Shown here one piece after another: positions 12,162 through 25,891 of a stretch of DNA of 64,000 bases; position 1 is the first letter of the stretch; each line of letters starts with the position of its first letter. The translations under genes were made by a program, and so were the position numbers. The stretch lies in assembly GCA_010093815.1 (NCBI GenBank), contig ML996565.1. One strand, 5' to 3'. Under the pieces are notes generated by a model. That model had not been told where the DNA came from. It ran no database searches and saw nothing but the letters and a program-made list of their open reading frames with translations. The stretch is from Pseudovirgaria hyperparasitica (taxonomy: Eukaryota).

Positions 12162-12755
12162 ATGGCTGGCGGCGGACATGGCCCAGGCGAGTCCAAGCTC
12201 CCTGGCGAGTGAGTGTTTCCAGTTCCTACACCTCGGTCTCTCAAGGCGGCGCATTCGTATGTTGACGAGAAATGCGCAACTTCACAGTCTACTTCTGTAT
12301 ATGAAGATCCGCTGACATCTACGTATAGTTATCATGCAGGCTGGGGCTCCATGAGTACGTCATCAATTGCCTATTCCACCTTCATCTTCATCCACTACCA
12401 CGATCGCTAACCGTAATCGAATAGGTAACCTGAAGCAAAAGGGCGTAACTTCGTATGCCCTCTCTCCTAACCGACAAAGGCCTCTTGCAGGTGCGCTTAA
12501 TGCTGCCGTATTCAACACCTTTCGCCGCACAAAGGCCCAGATTCTGTTCTGGGCTATTCCTGGCGTGTTAGGCTACTCAGCAATGCAATGGGCTATCGAA
12601 AGGTGTGTCTATCCTCATCCGTTGCAAGGCAGAATACACGATTCTCTCTCCCAGTCCCCGTCCCCCAAGGGATCAGTGCTGACTTTCCGGCTCGCAGGAA
12701 CGAGTACCTAAATTCGAAAGCCGGGATTGCCGAATTCGGCGGCGATAATGAATAA
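12162..12755 (+). CDS. QCR8: Cytochrome bc1 complex subunit 8, 4 exons
   Basis: Spliced MAGGGHGPGESKLPGD-YHAGWGSM-SNLKQKGVTSYALSPNRQRPLAGALNAAVFNTFRR...WAIER-NEYLNSKAG. Confidence 0.93.
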
Positions 12756-13683
12756 GAGGCCTTTTTAATCTGATATGTACAAAGAGAAGAATACACTACT
12801 AAGTGGAATGTAAACTATGGCGGATACTCGATACACCAAAATGAAGTCTCTCATATCAAATGTCACGTACCAAGAACGAACTTCCGCAGCCAATCAGGGC
12901 GAGTATATTACTTATGCTCTCCACGATCCTACCTCATTATGAAACCTAGCACATGACGACAAATCTCATCAGAGAATGTGCGTCACATCAAGGAGCGATT
13001 GGCACGAGATGCATCGGCAGACCTGAAGAAGCTTTAAATTTGCATTGAACAACATAGACCACCTTAAATCTAGGCCGCCGGCTAGAACATATTGCTCTTG
13101 TCAGTTAAGGATGATCGAAACGAGTCACTACTGCAGGACCAAACGAGTACCTGGTGCACATTAGGCAGCAAGGATGAATGGTCTACGACAACGAAAACTT
13201 GCCCTGTTATGAAGAATAATGCTGTGATATCGCGACTCCTGTTTACGCCCTAGACTTAATAAACAAGCTCCCTCGAATGAGCAGTCCCCAGTTGATCTTC
13301 AGAACGCTGGCCTGGCAGTTCAGCGCATGCAGGCATCGAATATAGTTTTGGTAATGCTATAGCAGTCATCGCGGGTGCGTCTACTATTAAGCCAAGTGAT
13401 TTTAGAACAACCTTGGAGGATTAATGAGTCCTCGTGAAGTGATTAGAATAGCCGTTGCAGGTCAATTGATTATTAGCTCGAGAAGCAATATATTCTCATT
13501 CGTTAAGGATAGCTTTCGAGTTGCGGTGAGGACATATATGATCAATGGGAAACGTTGCTTCTTCGCCGCAGCTCGCTTACTAAACTAACCTGAACAAGTG
13601 GCGGCACAAGTGTAGGGAGACTTATATAGAGAGCTCACCCATTTTTGATACCCCTCTAGCCATCTAATTACATATCTTGCAAA

Positions 13684-14822
13684 ATGGTAGCCCTCACCTA
13701 CCTTCTCACCGCGCTTCCCCTCGTTATACGGACTGTCGCCGCCTCTGACGTAGTCGAGCTTCTCCCGAACACTTTCGACGATATCGTCCTAAAGTCTGGC
13801 AAGCCCGCCCTTGTAGAATTCTTCGCACCATGGTGCGGACACTGCAAGAACCTTGCTCCTATCTATGAGGAGCTAGGTACTGCCTTCAAAGCGGGCGACA
13901 AAGTCACCATCGCAAAGGTCGACGCTGATGCTCACAAGGACCTGGGCAAGCGCTTTGGAATCCAAGGATTCCCCACTCTGAAGTGGTTCGACGGCAAGAG
14001 TGATTCCCCAGAGGACTACAATGGAGGAAGAGACTTGGAAAGCTTGACTCAATTCGTGACTGAGAAGAGCGGCGCGAAGGCAAAGGGACCGAAACAGGAA
14101 CCCAGTAATGTCAAGATTTTGACTGACAAGAGCTTCGCTGAGACGATTGGGACCAACAACGTACTCGTCGCTTTTACTGCACCTTGGTGTGGACGTACGT
14201 CTTTCATCCGTAGTTTCCTGCTCCGTACTGACCCTGAGATTCAGACTGCAAGAATCTTGCGCCCACCTGGGAGAAGCTCGCAAACACATTTGAAGCCGAA
14301 TCAAACGTCACCATCGCCAAAGTTGACGCTGAGGCCGAGAACTCAAAGGCTACTGCCTCTAAGCAAGGCGTCAAGTCTTACCCAACCATTAAATTCTTCG
14401 CCAAGGGCTCGACCGACGCCCAGGATTACACCGGTGGACGGTCTGAAGAAGACTTTGTCATCTACCTCAACGCTAAGGCTGGTACACACCGTGTTGCGGG
14501 TGGTGGTCTTGATGTCTATGCTGGAACAATCAAGGCTCTGGATGAGCTTGCGGCTGAATGGGTGCTCAAGCCCGGCTCAGATGCACTGAATGCCTTGACT
14601 CAAGCAGCTCAGGATGCAGGTGATATCAGTGCTGAGTACTACCAGAAGGTCGCGAGCAAGCTCACCAAGGATGAGACCTTTGCTGAGAAGGAATACAAAC
14701 GCCTCCAGGGTCTGCTTGAAAAGGGCGGTCTTAGCACTAAGAAGCTTGATGATATCACCAAGCGAAGCAACGTGCTCAAGAAGTTCCAGAAGAAGCTTGA
14801 GGAGATTAAGGATGAGCTGTAA
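13684..14822 (+). CDS. tigA: Protein disulfide isomerase TigA/ERp38, 2 exons
   Basis: Signal peptide, two APWCGHCK sites (second joined across intron 14195-14244), ERp29-like C-terminal domain, C-terminal KDEL. Confidence 0.95.
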
Positions 14823-15062
14823 GCCCGGATATCTACTACACTGCACGGTGCGACGCAGGTTATCTTAACATATATATGCACACTGGATTGTACGCTCTTA
14901 GATAGTGTATAACATGGATCAAATAGTGCCATTAGCATAGGAATTGATATATTCTCCCTCATAGTTGAACGTGCCTGGAATAAAACGGCAACCAAGACGC
15001 CATGCAATGCATACTTTTCGAAAAATAGAAAGACTAGGTTCATGCAATACTTTCGCGACATC

Positions 15063-16309
15063 TTAAAATTTACCTGCTCTCCTGGCTTTCCCAGGCCGTT
15101 TCACAGCACCTGTTTTCGTCTTCTTGAATCCGGGTCCGTCCTTCATACGTTTTCCAGGGAACGAGCTGGCGTCTGCGCTTGATTGTGCGTCATTGCTCTT
15201 TGCGAATCGCTTCTTACCACCAAATCCATACTTCTGGTCCTTCTGTGCACGCTTGAACTTGCCCTTGGACTTGTCGTCTCCACGGCTAGTGGTCTTCGCG
15301 CGTTTGACGGGAGCGTCGTCCTCTTCAACGCCGACGTCAAATAGATCCTGCTCCGTTTCGTTTGCAATAGGGGCATTGGCACGTTCTACGTCCATGGTTA
15401 GCTGATTCAGTGGTACAAAAGGAATTTAGAGCAGCACTTACTCCTCTTCAAGATATTGATCTTCTCCAAGGTATCCCTCTTCGCCTTATCTCTCTCCTGC
15501 TGCTTCGCAACCTGCACCTGCTTGCCGAACTTTTTGAGGTCCCTCTGTTTCCGTGCCTCCGTCGCCGCTTTCTTGCTCGCCGCTTCGTCGATCAGCTTCT
15601 GCTTGATCTTGCCCATATGTTCGTCGCTCTTGACCATTTCCGCGAAGTAGTCATTTGGCCGCGTGAATGGCACGCCTTCTTTCCTGAGCAACTCTTGGCC
15701 TTTCTTGGCGGCTTCTAGAGACTGCTTGTAGAATGCGAGCTCGCGACCTAGATCATCGTCGATGTCGGCGATTTCTATGGGCTCCGAAGAGGTGATAACC
15801 TGGTTTGAGGAGAAAGGCAGGTCGGCAGGCAGAGCGATGCTTTTGAGTGCGGAGAGTAGGGCAGCTTTGTTGTTTATTGTGAGACGCTGGTGTGGAAGGA
15901 TATCGCCCTTGTCGTCTGAGGCTATAGAATCGAGGTCTGATAGAGGGATGTCCTCGTCCTCGTCTTCATTTTCAGCGTCATCATCGTTATCCTCGCCGCT
16001 GCTGGAGTCTGTCTCATCAATGTTTGCGGTGTCGAATTCCTCGTCTACCTCCTCGCTGTCCTCGTCTTCCCAGGCCTCCTCATCTGCACCGTTGATCTTC
16101 ACACCACCCTCATCTTCGTCCGCGGTGTTCTCGCCATTGGCATCCTCCCTGATGACTTCCCCATTTTCTATAGCCTTTTGTAACTTCTTCTCTTTTTTGG
16201 CCTTCGCTTTCTTCTCACCCTCTTTCTGCTTCTTTTGGCGCTTCTCAGCAGCAAAGTCACGGCCTTGATGGTGCGCTAATGCCGTCTTGAGCTTATCTGC
16301 TCGAGCCAT
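15063..16309 (-). CDS. EBP2: rRNA-processing protein Ebp2, 2 exons
   Basis: DDDLGRELAFYKQSL, PFTRPNDYFAEMVKSDEHM, KKFGKQVQ, KYGFGGKKRFAKSND, RPGKARR; intron 15386-15441. Confidence 0.96.
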
Positions 16310-16592
16310 AATCACAAGTTCGAATATGGAGCCTTTTTGGGTGGTGTGTATGGAGGTAGCTGCGATGCGCAAAAAAAACTGGTTGCGTTCGGGAGAGTTT
16401 TAAGAGCTACAATGTTCCAGAAACTTTTTGGCGCTAGCGAAGCTTTCCGCGACTGCGGGGCGGAAGCGCGCGAGGGAGTGGAGGTCCCAAACCCCAGCAG
16501 TTGACCATGAGCTCTGATACGAATCATCTTGCTCTACAGCAACAAGTCCAATTCAGCGCCTTCTCGAAATATACGATCCAGTACTGTTAAAC

Positions 16593-17002
16593 ATGGTAGA
16601 CAAAGATGAGCCACATACCTTCCAGGTCGACGATTCTCTTGTGAGTACCAGCGCCCCGAACCGCATACCCAATTATGCGCCTCCGCTCAGCACATCATAC
16701 TAACACGTAGCTCGCAGTCCAGGATGAACGAGAATGCCACAACCGAATTGAGCCAGGCCGTCGAAGAAATGCTGAATAGCATCACAACAAAGTTCTCTGT
16801 TGTGTCCGCAGAGCTTCTGGAGAAGAGTACGCGTGTCGGGCTGTGTCAGGACCCTTAGGACTGACATGACATGAGTATCTTCCATACTAACATGTTTTCC
16901 ATAGTGGATGAAATGTCCAGAAGACTGGACAACCTGGAAACTACGATCCAGGCCAGCGCGAGGAGTCCGGCTAAGGGTGAAAGCAGTAAATCGGGGGCTT
17001 GA
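16593..17002 (+). CDS. Heat shock factor binding protein 1 (HSBP1)-family small coiled-coil protein, 3 exons; absent from the ORF track
   Basis: Introns 16641-16717 and 16827-16904. Spliced ELSQAVEEMLNSITTKFSVVSAELLEKMDEMSRRLDNLETTI fits the HSBP1 pattern. Confidence 0.85.
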
Positions 17003-17329
17003 GTCGCAAAGGGCAGGACATCATGGGTACGATTATACAGAGCATTGCGACGGCGTCAAGGGCAGGCGGTAGCGAACAAGCATTTGCATAGTATGTTAGC
17101 AGACTCAATCAGCACCGCAACTAATGACCAATATCGTAGCACAGATACATCATTTCTAAGTACATCCAGCATTCAAATTTACATATATGCTAGCGACTAC
17201 TGATCCGAGTGCTCAACAAATGCAGACCTCTAACAATGCAGATACCCCTGAAAACCATGACTCCATCTAGAATGCCTTTTCCGGGTCCTTGTCATGTCTA
17301 ATACATATCAGAAATATCTTGAACAACCT

Positions 17330-18852
17330 TTAAAGGTGTTCACCACTCCGACGCGCCTCGTCCTTCAACCGCTGTTCTTCCCTCTCAAACCCACCCCCCA
17401 AAGCATTCTCCGGCGTCAAGTAGCTTGGAAACGTACTAGACTGTCCCGTCTCACGAGCACCTATCTCGCCTGACACTAGCCCATTGCCTCTGGAAGGCCG
17501 GTAAGGCGTGTAACGCTGTGCCAGACTATCGCCAGCTGAAGGGTGCCGTTGGTGGCCTGAGATGGCACTGACTTCCGCCCCATCTAGTAGCGCAGGTTCC
17601 TGCTGGATGCCTTGCGCATCGCTACCGACCAGGGGCGACACCTTATGGCTGAGTGTCGGAGTTTGCTGCTCGGCGTGCTGGCTCCCTGCGAATGAGCTTA
17701 TAGATCCGGAGTTGGGTGAGTGGTCTCTTATGACGACTGTAGAGTCAAGTTCTGCTCCCTCGGGGCCGGGTGTGTATGGTGTATCGTGTTCGAAGGACTC
17801 TGCATTCCAGGGACCGCTGGACATATGCTTTGCGTATCTGGACGGGGGGCTCGGGAACGTACTGCTTGCAGCTGTAGACTTTGTCTCGTGGTCTATGTAG
17901 CCTGAGAGAGGGATGTCGCCGCTGCCCCTTGTAGCATGTGTGTAGGACGGATCGTGCGACGCACGATTCTTCTTGATGCAGAAATGCCACCCCAGAAATG
18001 CGCCAATGAGGACAGCACAAATGGCGGCGACGATTATGCCAGCAATAATTCCTTTCGAGATACCGGGGGATTCGTCTACGTTACCGGATATCGTATCTCC
18101 TGTGGATGTAGGTGCCGAGTTTGCTGTTGATGACCCTTGCGATGCAAAACTCATTCCGGGTGATCCAACTGGTACGCCTGTTGACATTGCTGGATTGTCA
18201 ACTTTTGTCGCATCGTATGTGGTTGTTTTGGCAGTCGTGTCACAGTATATTCCGTATTGACCACCGGCATTTTCCAGTCTGACGCAGTTTGGCGCTGCTG
18301 AATTTGTGCTATGAAAGAGCATCAGATTCCGGCTCTACCCCCCAAGCAAGTAGGAACTTACCAAAGAGCGCATCCACCGGTGTTGTGATCACAGTTCCTC
18401 GTCGCGATATCCGAATATGGTACGCACTCTGTTCGAGCATAGCATGTTTTGCCCCTGTAAGCCAGTTAGCACGGAGGTATCAATGAAGGTGTAAGTGCGC
18501 ATCCTCACTTGTCACAGCAGCCCAAATAGTTGTTGACTCCAGAGTAACAGTATTGAGTGCCGCCTCCACATTTCACTGCTCCATGTCAGGGACAAATCAA
18601 TAGTCCGCTGATTCACTTACAAACACCGGCACCATCGCAATTCGTAACATCCTCGTAATTTCTTTTGGCTAGGAAGGCTCCATTCCCGCCATATAATTCG
18701 TTCGGACTCACTCCTCCTACAAACGGCGTGGGCTCTGGCAGTCTCGCACTCGGCGTGATAGCATGCGCCGCGACTGTCAACCCCGGCACACAGCTCAACC
18801 ACAAGGCCGCAGTCGACAACCGTTCAATTGTCAGGTTTGCAGTTGGAACCAT
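17330..18852 (-). CDS. Type I single-pass membrane protein (signal peptide, Cys/Thr-rich ectodomain, TM, disordered tail), several introns
   Basis: Hydrophobic N-terminus LSTAALWLSCVPGLTVAA; TM GIIAGIIVAAICAVLIGAFLGWHF followed by KKNR. Internal exon limits are approximate. Confidence 0.7.
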
Positions 18853-19785
18853 CACGAACGAAGACTGGGTAATGAGGAAATAGACTAAGAAAGAGATAGT
18901 AGAATGAGGGTAGAAAAGGCAAAGAAGGGCTGTGGAAGGTTCGTGTTCCACCGCCCTGTTGATCAATTTCCGCGTGTCAAAGAGCTTGGATACGAGACTC
19001 TATGTTCAGTCCTGTATGCGACAAGTGATTCGAGGAACGATGCACGACGTCGCTTTGATCAGTTTCTCATGTTGTACAAGGCAGTGCTGATTGCTCAATG
19101 TGGCCCGAGAAAATGGTCCGTGGCACCCCGTCGACAATGTTTCTGCTGTAGTTTTCTACAAGTCAATATAATGATGAGAGTCGCTTTACGGGTCGTTATC
19201 GTTCGCGAGGAGATATTGCATCAGCGGTAGAGGTTCCGCATAGGAAGCCCGGGAGGGACCAGGAAGACTATTTAGATAGAGGGTGGATCACAAACAAAAT
19301 TAGCAGCGCGCACGCACGGGAATAAGCATTGCGATGTGCAACTGAGTAGTTGTAGAATGTGGATTGTGGAGTTCGAGGGCTGCAAACGGCGTAAATAGCT
19401 TAGCGGGCGCAGCACTATATTGGGATGCCTGAGTGACCTGAAGAGGGCGCAGGCGCAGTTACTGAACGGCCCCATACCCTACATCCTATCGGAGCAGGTA
19501 CCATCTTACAAATGTGATCATTATCGTTTAGTCTATCTCAATCGCGATTTGAGACTTCTTCTGAAGACATTGCCGTCTTCGCTATGCGCTACCATCTCGT
19601 TATCAACAAATCTAGCAAGTGGTAGGGTATGCCTTACAGACAGTACAATACAAGAGTGTACGTTCCGTGGGCAGAACCAGACACTGGAGTCCCAAGATGC
19701 CTGCACTATCCTAGCCATATACTCTGAGCATGCATGATCAACCTAAAGAGGTGGTATACCGAGTCGCTGATGATGCTGAAGAGAT

Positions 19786-22456
19786 CTAGCCTATGGATTT
19801 CGAAACGTAGCTCGCAGGCTGAAGCTCGTAGGGGATGTTTTCGTCGATTCTTAGTTGTTCAATCAACTTTGTGCTGTTGTGGCTGATATACTTGGACGGG
19901 AGCTTCGTTTGGTCCCAATTGTTCTCGTATTTCTTGACAATCATATCGCAGAAACCCTGCCACTTCACATCGAACTTCCTGACCGCATCTTGCTTTTGTG
20001 ATTCGTTCAAGCAACTGTATTTCAAGCTCCATAGTGCAAGCTGCTTCCAGCCATGTAGATTCATTCGTGTCCAGCCGACCATAACCTGGTAAAACTCGTA
20101 CGAAAGTGAATTACTGGCAAAAGCGCTACTGTCAGTCATTTACTCTACCACTGGGTCTAAGCAAGACAGCAACATACCTGAAAAGGGACGGGTTGTCGCT
20201 GTTTAGTGTGCAAGGAATACCTGCTTGTAATAGCTGAGGAAAAGGATGCTCCTTGGCATTTCGACAAAGATGCAACAGTTCATTTGATATGGGGCACAGC
20301 TCTATACATATGTCGGCCTGTTTGAATCGCTCTATAAAGCGTGGTGTATGTCGTGGCAAGGCAAATCCGTGACCTATTCGCTTGGATCGAAAGCTTACAG
20401 CATCGTATAAGTTGGAGTTGCTAGGGTCGAACGACCCTCCACGATCCATTAGAGTTTCGCCAGCGTGAAACATGAATGGTATAGAGAAATCTGGTCCCAT
20501 CTTCCTACAAGCCTCTTGCATGTAAGCGAGGTGCTCAATGTATCGGCCTACATGAAAGACCCTGTCTTCAGCTCCGACAAGGTCAAATCCTGTCAAAGTT
20601 AGTGATTTTCCGAGAATGTCTAACTTCTTAAACATACCACATATTAAGTCAGGATACTCGGCCTTGAGCTGGAGACAATTGTCTACCTCCTTCCACATCA
20701 TGGACTTAGGAATAGAGCGCGGTGTGCAATAGATGATTTTGATGCCATAGGGGAATTCGTCTATCTTCTTGCGCGCTTCCTCAATGATAATCTTGATCTG
20801 GTCCTTGTGGTCAAGTTTGAGTGACTTCCCATCATGACCGTGCTGTTTGTCACTGGGAATTACTTTATCGAGCCACATGGGACGAAGTTCGGCATACATG
20901 ATTCTGTCTTTGACCATTTCATCGATTGCGGCGCCGATATACCACTTGAAGGCCGTTTCATAATTCAAAAATCCCTTGAAAGCGCGAGTGCCTTGATTGA
21001 AACGAGCCCAAATGCTAGTACTGTCAGCCAGCTTATCTATAATTAATGATTGTGAAACTCACCCATTGACTGTCTGTGTTCTATCATAGACTTCTGCTTC
21101 GCTCAGTACCATTCTTTCCTTAACCCAATCTACATGACTAATGGTGATGCCGACTTCTGGGGCAAGCTTTTGGTATGCTTCTCTGAAGTCCGACCACATC
21201 ATCCAGCCCTTGTAGTCAGATTTGTCCGGATTCTCAGGCTTCGTAGCAGCGAAGCCAGGATGGCGATCACTGAATATGTCGCCTCTGTAGCTCAGGTCTC
21301 GATTGTCGGGGTGGACGGCAACTTGTATTTCTGCATTGTCAAAATCTTTTCTGATCAAGAGTGGGGTTTTGCTGGCTATGAACATCGAGTTGTCTGCGAG
21401 CTGATCAGCTCTCCTGATCAGCTCAGCTGGGAGAATTTCAGCATTGAGGTGTAGATGCAATAGTGCCCCTTTGGGCATCTCTTTCGCAATATCATATAGT
21501 TTACTCATTTGATCGATCCGAGTCTTGTTTGTCAAAAACTGACCGCCCATATCTCGAGTATATGCGGATGGAAGTTCCTCTGTCGGGTTGTTACCGAAGG
21601 GTGCTGTGACATCAGCTGCCGATCCGACTTGCGCAGGATCGTTCTCAACTACACGTTCGAATTCGCGAATCTTGTAGATAATACGTGCGGCCTTTCGTTC
21701 TGTCTCTGTGGCAGAACATCTTGCATCATAGTCCCATGAATGGTCAACGTCTTCAACTACAAGCCGTTGCCTCTGCCACTTGGCATCTTCATAAGCCTTG
21801 TTTAGTGCATTGACGCCTAAATACGAGTCTTCATTACGCCCTATTTCCTGTTGTTCTCGTTCCTTTTCATACAATTCTTTAGCTAACTTGACCTGTTCTA
21901 CTTGCAGTTCCTTCTCTGCTTTTCGATCATTCTTCTTGGCCAAGTCCGTCAGTGTTTCTTCTATTTTTGATAGTCTTTCGCTAATTTCCTGGATTCGGTC
22001 GCGAAGGCGTCCTGGCTCAATGGCTCTTAGTCCTTGGAGTGTTGCTAACGCTGCTGTTTTCTTCTCCTGTGACATCAGCGACGCAGGCATGCTGACTATC
22101 TGGATGTCAGAGGCGGATGCCTTTGTCTTTAATCGAAAGCTGCGACGCGAAGGCTTCGAAGTCAATGTCTTGCAAGAATCACGGGGAAGTTTTTCGGAGT
22201 CTTTGCTGATTTGAGTGTGTTTTCGTTCTCCCTTTGACCTGAACTTGGGTTAATAGAATTAGAAGAGGAATACTGTATACGGGAAATGAGACATTTCAAG
22301 TCCCATTCGAACAAAAACACGAGACTTGTAGACTCTAGAAAGTAAACTGAGGGGCACACACTGGGAACCTGAAAATGGACGTGGAAACTTGGCCAACCAT
22401 GCCGTCAGAGATGGTACACTCGTCACTTTCGAATCTGACTCAGACTCCGATGGCAT
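19786..22456 (-). CDS. Adenosine deaminase 2 (ADGF/CECR1)-like amidohydrolase; start uncertain (22456 or 22090)
   Basis: MPKGALLHLH, GFDLVGAED, FHAGET, RIGHG, IELCPISNELL, NSDNP, LSYEFYQV; at least 3 introns. Confidence 0.88.
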
Positions 22457-23741
22457 TCTTTTTTAAAAATCAGGTAGGCAGGCTCTCTGTCCCGGTCCTC
22501 ATTCCTGAAGATTGTCGTTGAAGCACAATTTTAGTGCGAATGCGGTATGCGTTGTGCAGCGCAGTTGAGGCTGTAACACTGGTCGTTCTTGAAGGCGACG
22601 TACACTATATCGCTACGCTGTGCTGCAGGAAAGATCATCAGTAAGGCGATTGACTGCACACATAGTAATGAAAAAGTCAAGATTGGATTTCAAGATCCGA
22701 CCGCAGAACCGGCCTTATAGCCATGTGAGAAAGTTCAACAACTACTCGGTGTGGAGCAAAGGCTACAGCTGCTGCGCCTCAACGTCGGTCACACCCTAAA
22801 TGTCCTAAATGATACTGTGGACAGAAAAACGGCCAGAGATAGAAGCGTTTACAGTCTTGAATATTTCAAGAAATGTTGACAGTCCATGTATCTGTAGGCA
22901 TGTCTGGCTGCGAGGACATTTTGCAAAGACAAGAACTGACAATGACTTTGACAGGAATGAAGATGGGTCACGCGCGCACCGCAAGCAGCTAAGCAGATAC
23001 GAAAATGCGCAAGAAGAATGGCTGCCACATACTGAGATGATTATAGGTCGCGAGAGCCCTGTTTCCTTCCTCTGGAACTTATCGCGAGGGCTTGAGGACG
23101 TTCTTGACGCTGTCTTCGAGTCTCAGAAGCCGCCGAGGCTCAAATGAATTGTGGATGGGAGACTGGATTGGGCCGTGCTGCGCAGAGCACTGGTTTTGGC
23201 GGGTCCACGGATCGAGCTGCGACAACGTATGGGGCAAGTACTGGATGTATGTTCTTGGTTTGCTTTTTCTAGGCGCGCGCGACAGAGTAGATAGAGGGGA
23301 GACTTTGGATGAGGATGAGTTCACGATCCCCGTACGATCAGACGCGATGTGCAGCCTATTCAAGAGCTTACTGATTGCTGGGAGCCTTATGGCCTGGCCT
23401 GGGGTGGCCAATTTAGGTACATTGAAGAGCTCCCCTCTAAAAAGCATCGTAACCTGGACACCCGCGAGGCTGAAGACCATTCCGTTCTCGACAATGCACA
23501 GCAGGATGTCGAGGCTATGCCTTTGCAACTTGCATTCTTGACCTACGAAACCCTTACCTCTCTCCTCTTTGCCCCCTGGCATGCGTCACACGTATCAAGA
23601 CTTTTCGCCGCTGTTCGTGCCGCTTGTTGATTTCGGAAACGCCTTGCTGGCTCGCCTCTTGATATAATACCTCTCTACGCCTCCCTCATTAGCACTCATG
23701 TCTACGCCAATCAAGGTCATTAGCACTGTATCATAGTCGAA

Positions 23742-25019
23742 ATGTCCAACTGCAACTGCGATAACAATGCGTTATCAGCCGGCCTAACCTTCTTCCCGCC
23801 TCTTAGGGAGCTTCAGCTAGACATCGTCGGTTTCCTCGCCATCCTCGGTGAAGGGTCGATTCTTGCAAATGCTCAAGTTTCTTCACTATCAAAATGGATG
23901 TTTGTTCCCCGGCTTCTACCAGCTCCCCAAGCTCTGATGCGGCCTACTCGACCTTCACGGCTTCAACAAAGTCAGGGCTTCGTGACAGCAGTCCACTCTG
24001 GGAATAGTGCAAGTGCTATCAATCATATTGGTAACTTAGTCTTGTAGGTTCCACTGTCACTTTCACGGCAGACCATTGTCTAACATTAGAATAGAGATGC
24101 TGAAAGCATGGATGCCTTCTCGGTACGCTGCGTGTCCATCGTCCGCGACCCGAACAAGCCAGACGTCAAAGCGAAAACTGCTGCCCCCCTCACAGTTGTG
24201 GCTGGCTTTGGTTGTATCTTGTCTATTGCCCTACTCGCTCTTGCTATTTGGCAAGGCGATGGTTGTGCCATGCTCGCCGACATCCTCCTATCCTTTCTCT
24301 CAACCCTCATCGGATTTGGAAACAAATGGTCGCTGCAGCTCCCGAAACGTAAACAAGTCCATGGAAAAGTTCCACCAGGAGATGTGGTCATACGTTATCC
24401 CAAAGGAAGTTTCCTGGTTGTGCAATGCAGCGAGGATGTGGCAAGAGAATTGTATTTTGCGCCGGAAACGATCGATTATTGGATACAGAAGCCACCTGTT
24501 TATCGCTTGCTCTCCTTGGTTGGTACCACCATGCTTATGTTTGGGGTCATATTTCTGGGCAACTCTACACCGCAACTTCAGATAGGGTTTGCCGCTGCAT
24601 ACATGATACTTAACGCAGCGTACTGGATCGTAGCTGCTTTACCCGCGAAAATGCACTGGAACACCAGCACTTTCAGAATCAAGCAGCATCGCTTTGCCGA
24701 CAGCAGTCCAGATGCAGAAGAAGACAAACGTTTCGCGTCCAAGAGCAAAACATTCACCCAAGCACTGTGGAAAGTCATCGTAGTGACAAAGAGCTGGGAC
24801 TGGGTACGTCGTGGTGGCGCGGCACCTCAAACCGCTGCCTGGGACGAGTGGCTACACGATGCAACAGTGGCTGCCAAGACCACCGATAGTTTCAAAGATG
24901 AGAGAGGCATCATCAACTGGCAAATTCCTGACCATTTTGATCCGCAAGTCCATCTGGTTGACCTTATCTCGAAACACGAGAACCAGGGCAAAACGACAAG
25001 TTACCAGGTACGCCAATAA
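23742..25019 (+). CDS. Fungal multi-pass membrane protein of unknown function, 2 exons
   Basis: ORFs 23742 (LDIVGFLAILGE...PRLLPAPQAL) and 24108 joined by an intron at about 24044-24095; several hydrophobic segments. Confidence 0.75.
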
Positions 25020-25891
25020 ATTTGACCTGGGTGCAACTGCTGTTGACTCTACAGCAATCTGAATCTCGAATGAGCACAGAGATCAACTCCCGGCTAGAGG
25101 AAATCGAAGAAACAGGCCACCATTTCTCCACCAACCAAAGACGCCAGGGCACCACCTTGGAAATAAACAAGGACAAATAATTTTTACCTGAGCAATGAGT
25201 TTACGACATCACGAATACCAAAAGTTTACGAGCAGCCGAGACTCCACCCTAGACCCAACATGCGGGCCAATTGGATACCACACTGCGGTAGCATTGTTAG
25301 CGATCTTTTTCGAAGAATTGTTTTGAATATCTGAAACGCCATATACGAGGGGCATAAATGCCCCGATGACCTGTCCTCGAACAAAGAATGGTCTGGGCAT
25401 ATTTGCCACTAGACGCAGCGATCTATACATTTATCATTAAGACATACTATCGCTTCCACTAAGGCGCAGACTTTTGTTGTCTGCGTATACAGTTGAGCAT
25501 GCATATGACTGCAAAGACACGGCGTTCGGTGGGCATCGAAACTATCTCATCATACATAATCTTGTTCATACTTTGAGTCATATATCATATCATTTTTAAT
25601 CTACAACCAAACCCCTTCCCTAGCTTCGTCATCTGTGAGCTCGCTTGGAGGACTTTACTTGTGGTAGGCAATCAAGAGATGCGTGCGTTTGGGGCTATGC
25701 TGCGAATTGTGGCGTCGACCTCGGACTATTGTGGCGCAGCACGACATTGCTCCTGTGGCAATTTTTCTACCCTCCAAAAGTTCGTATATGGCCGGTCAAG
25801 CTTCATAGCATCACCCCTATCTTTGCCCGGCTTGGCACCACAGATTGACAACGCTTTTGTGATAGTCGTACATAGTACAGACCAAAGCTTC

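Noticed and set aside
13100..13160. GATGA...GAAAC and repeated AAACGAGT resembling a hammerhead core
   Set aside because: No CTGANGA box and no supporting stems.
14808..14822. KDEL rather than HDEL on a fungal ER protein
   Set aside because: Known feature of TigA/ERp38 proteins.
23079..23630. Overlapping ORFs of 93-167 aa on both strands
   Set aside because: No recognisable domain; likely upstream region of the 23742 gene.
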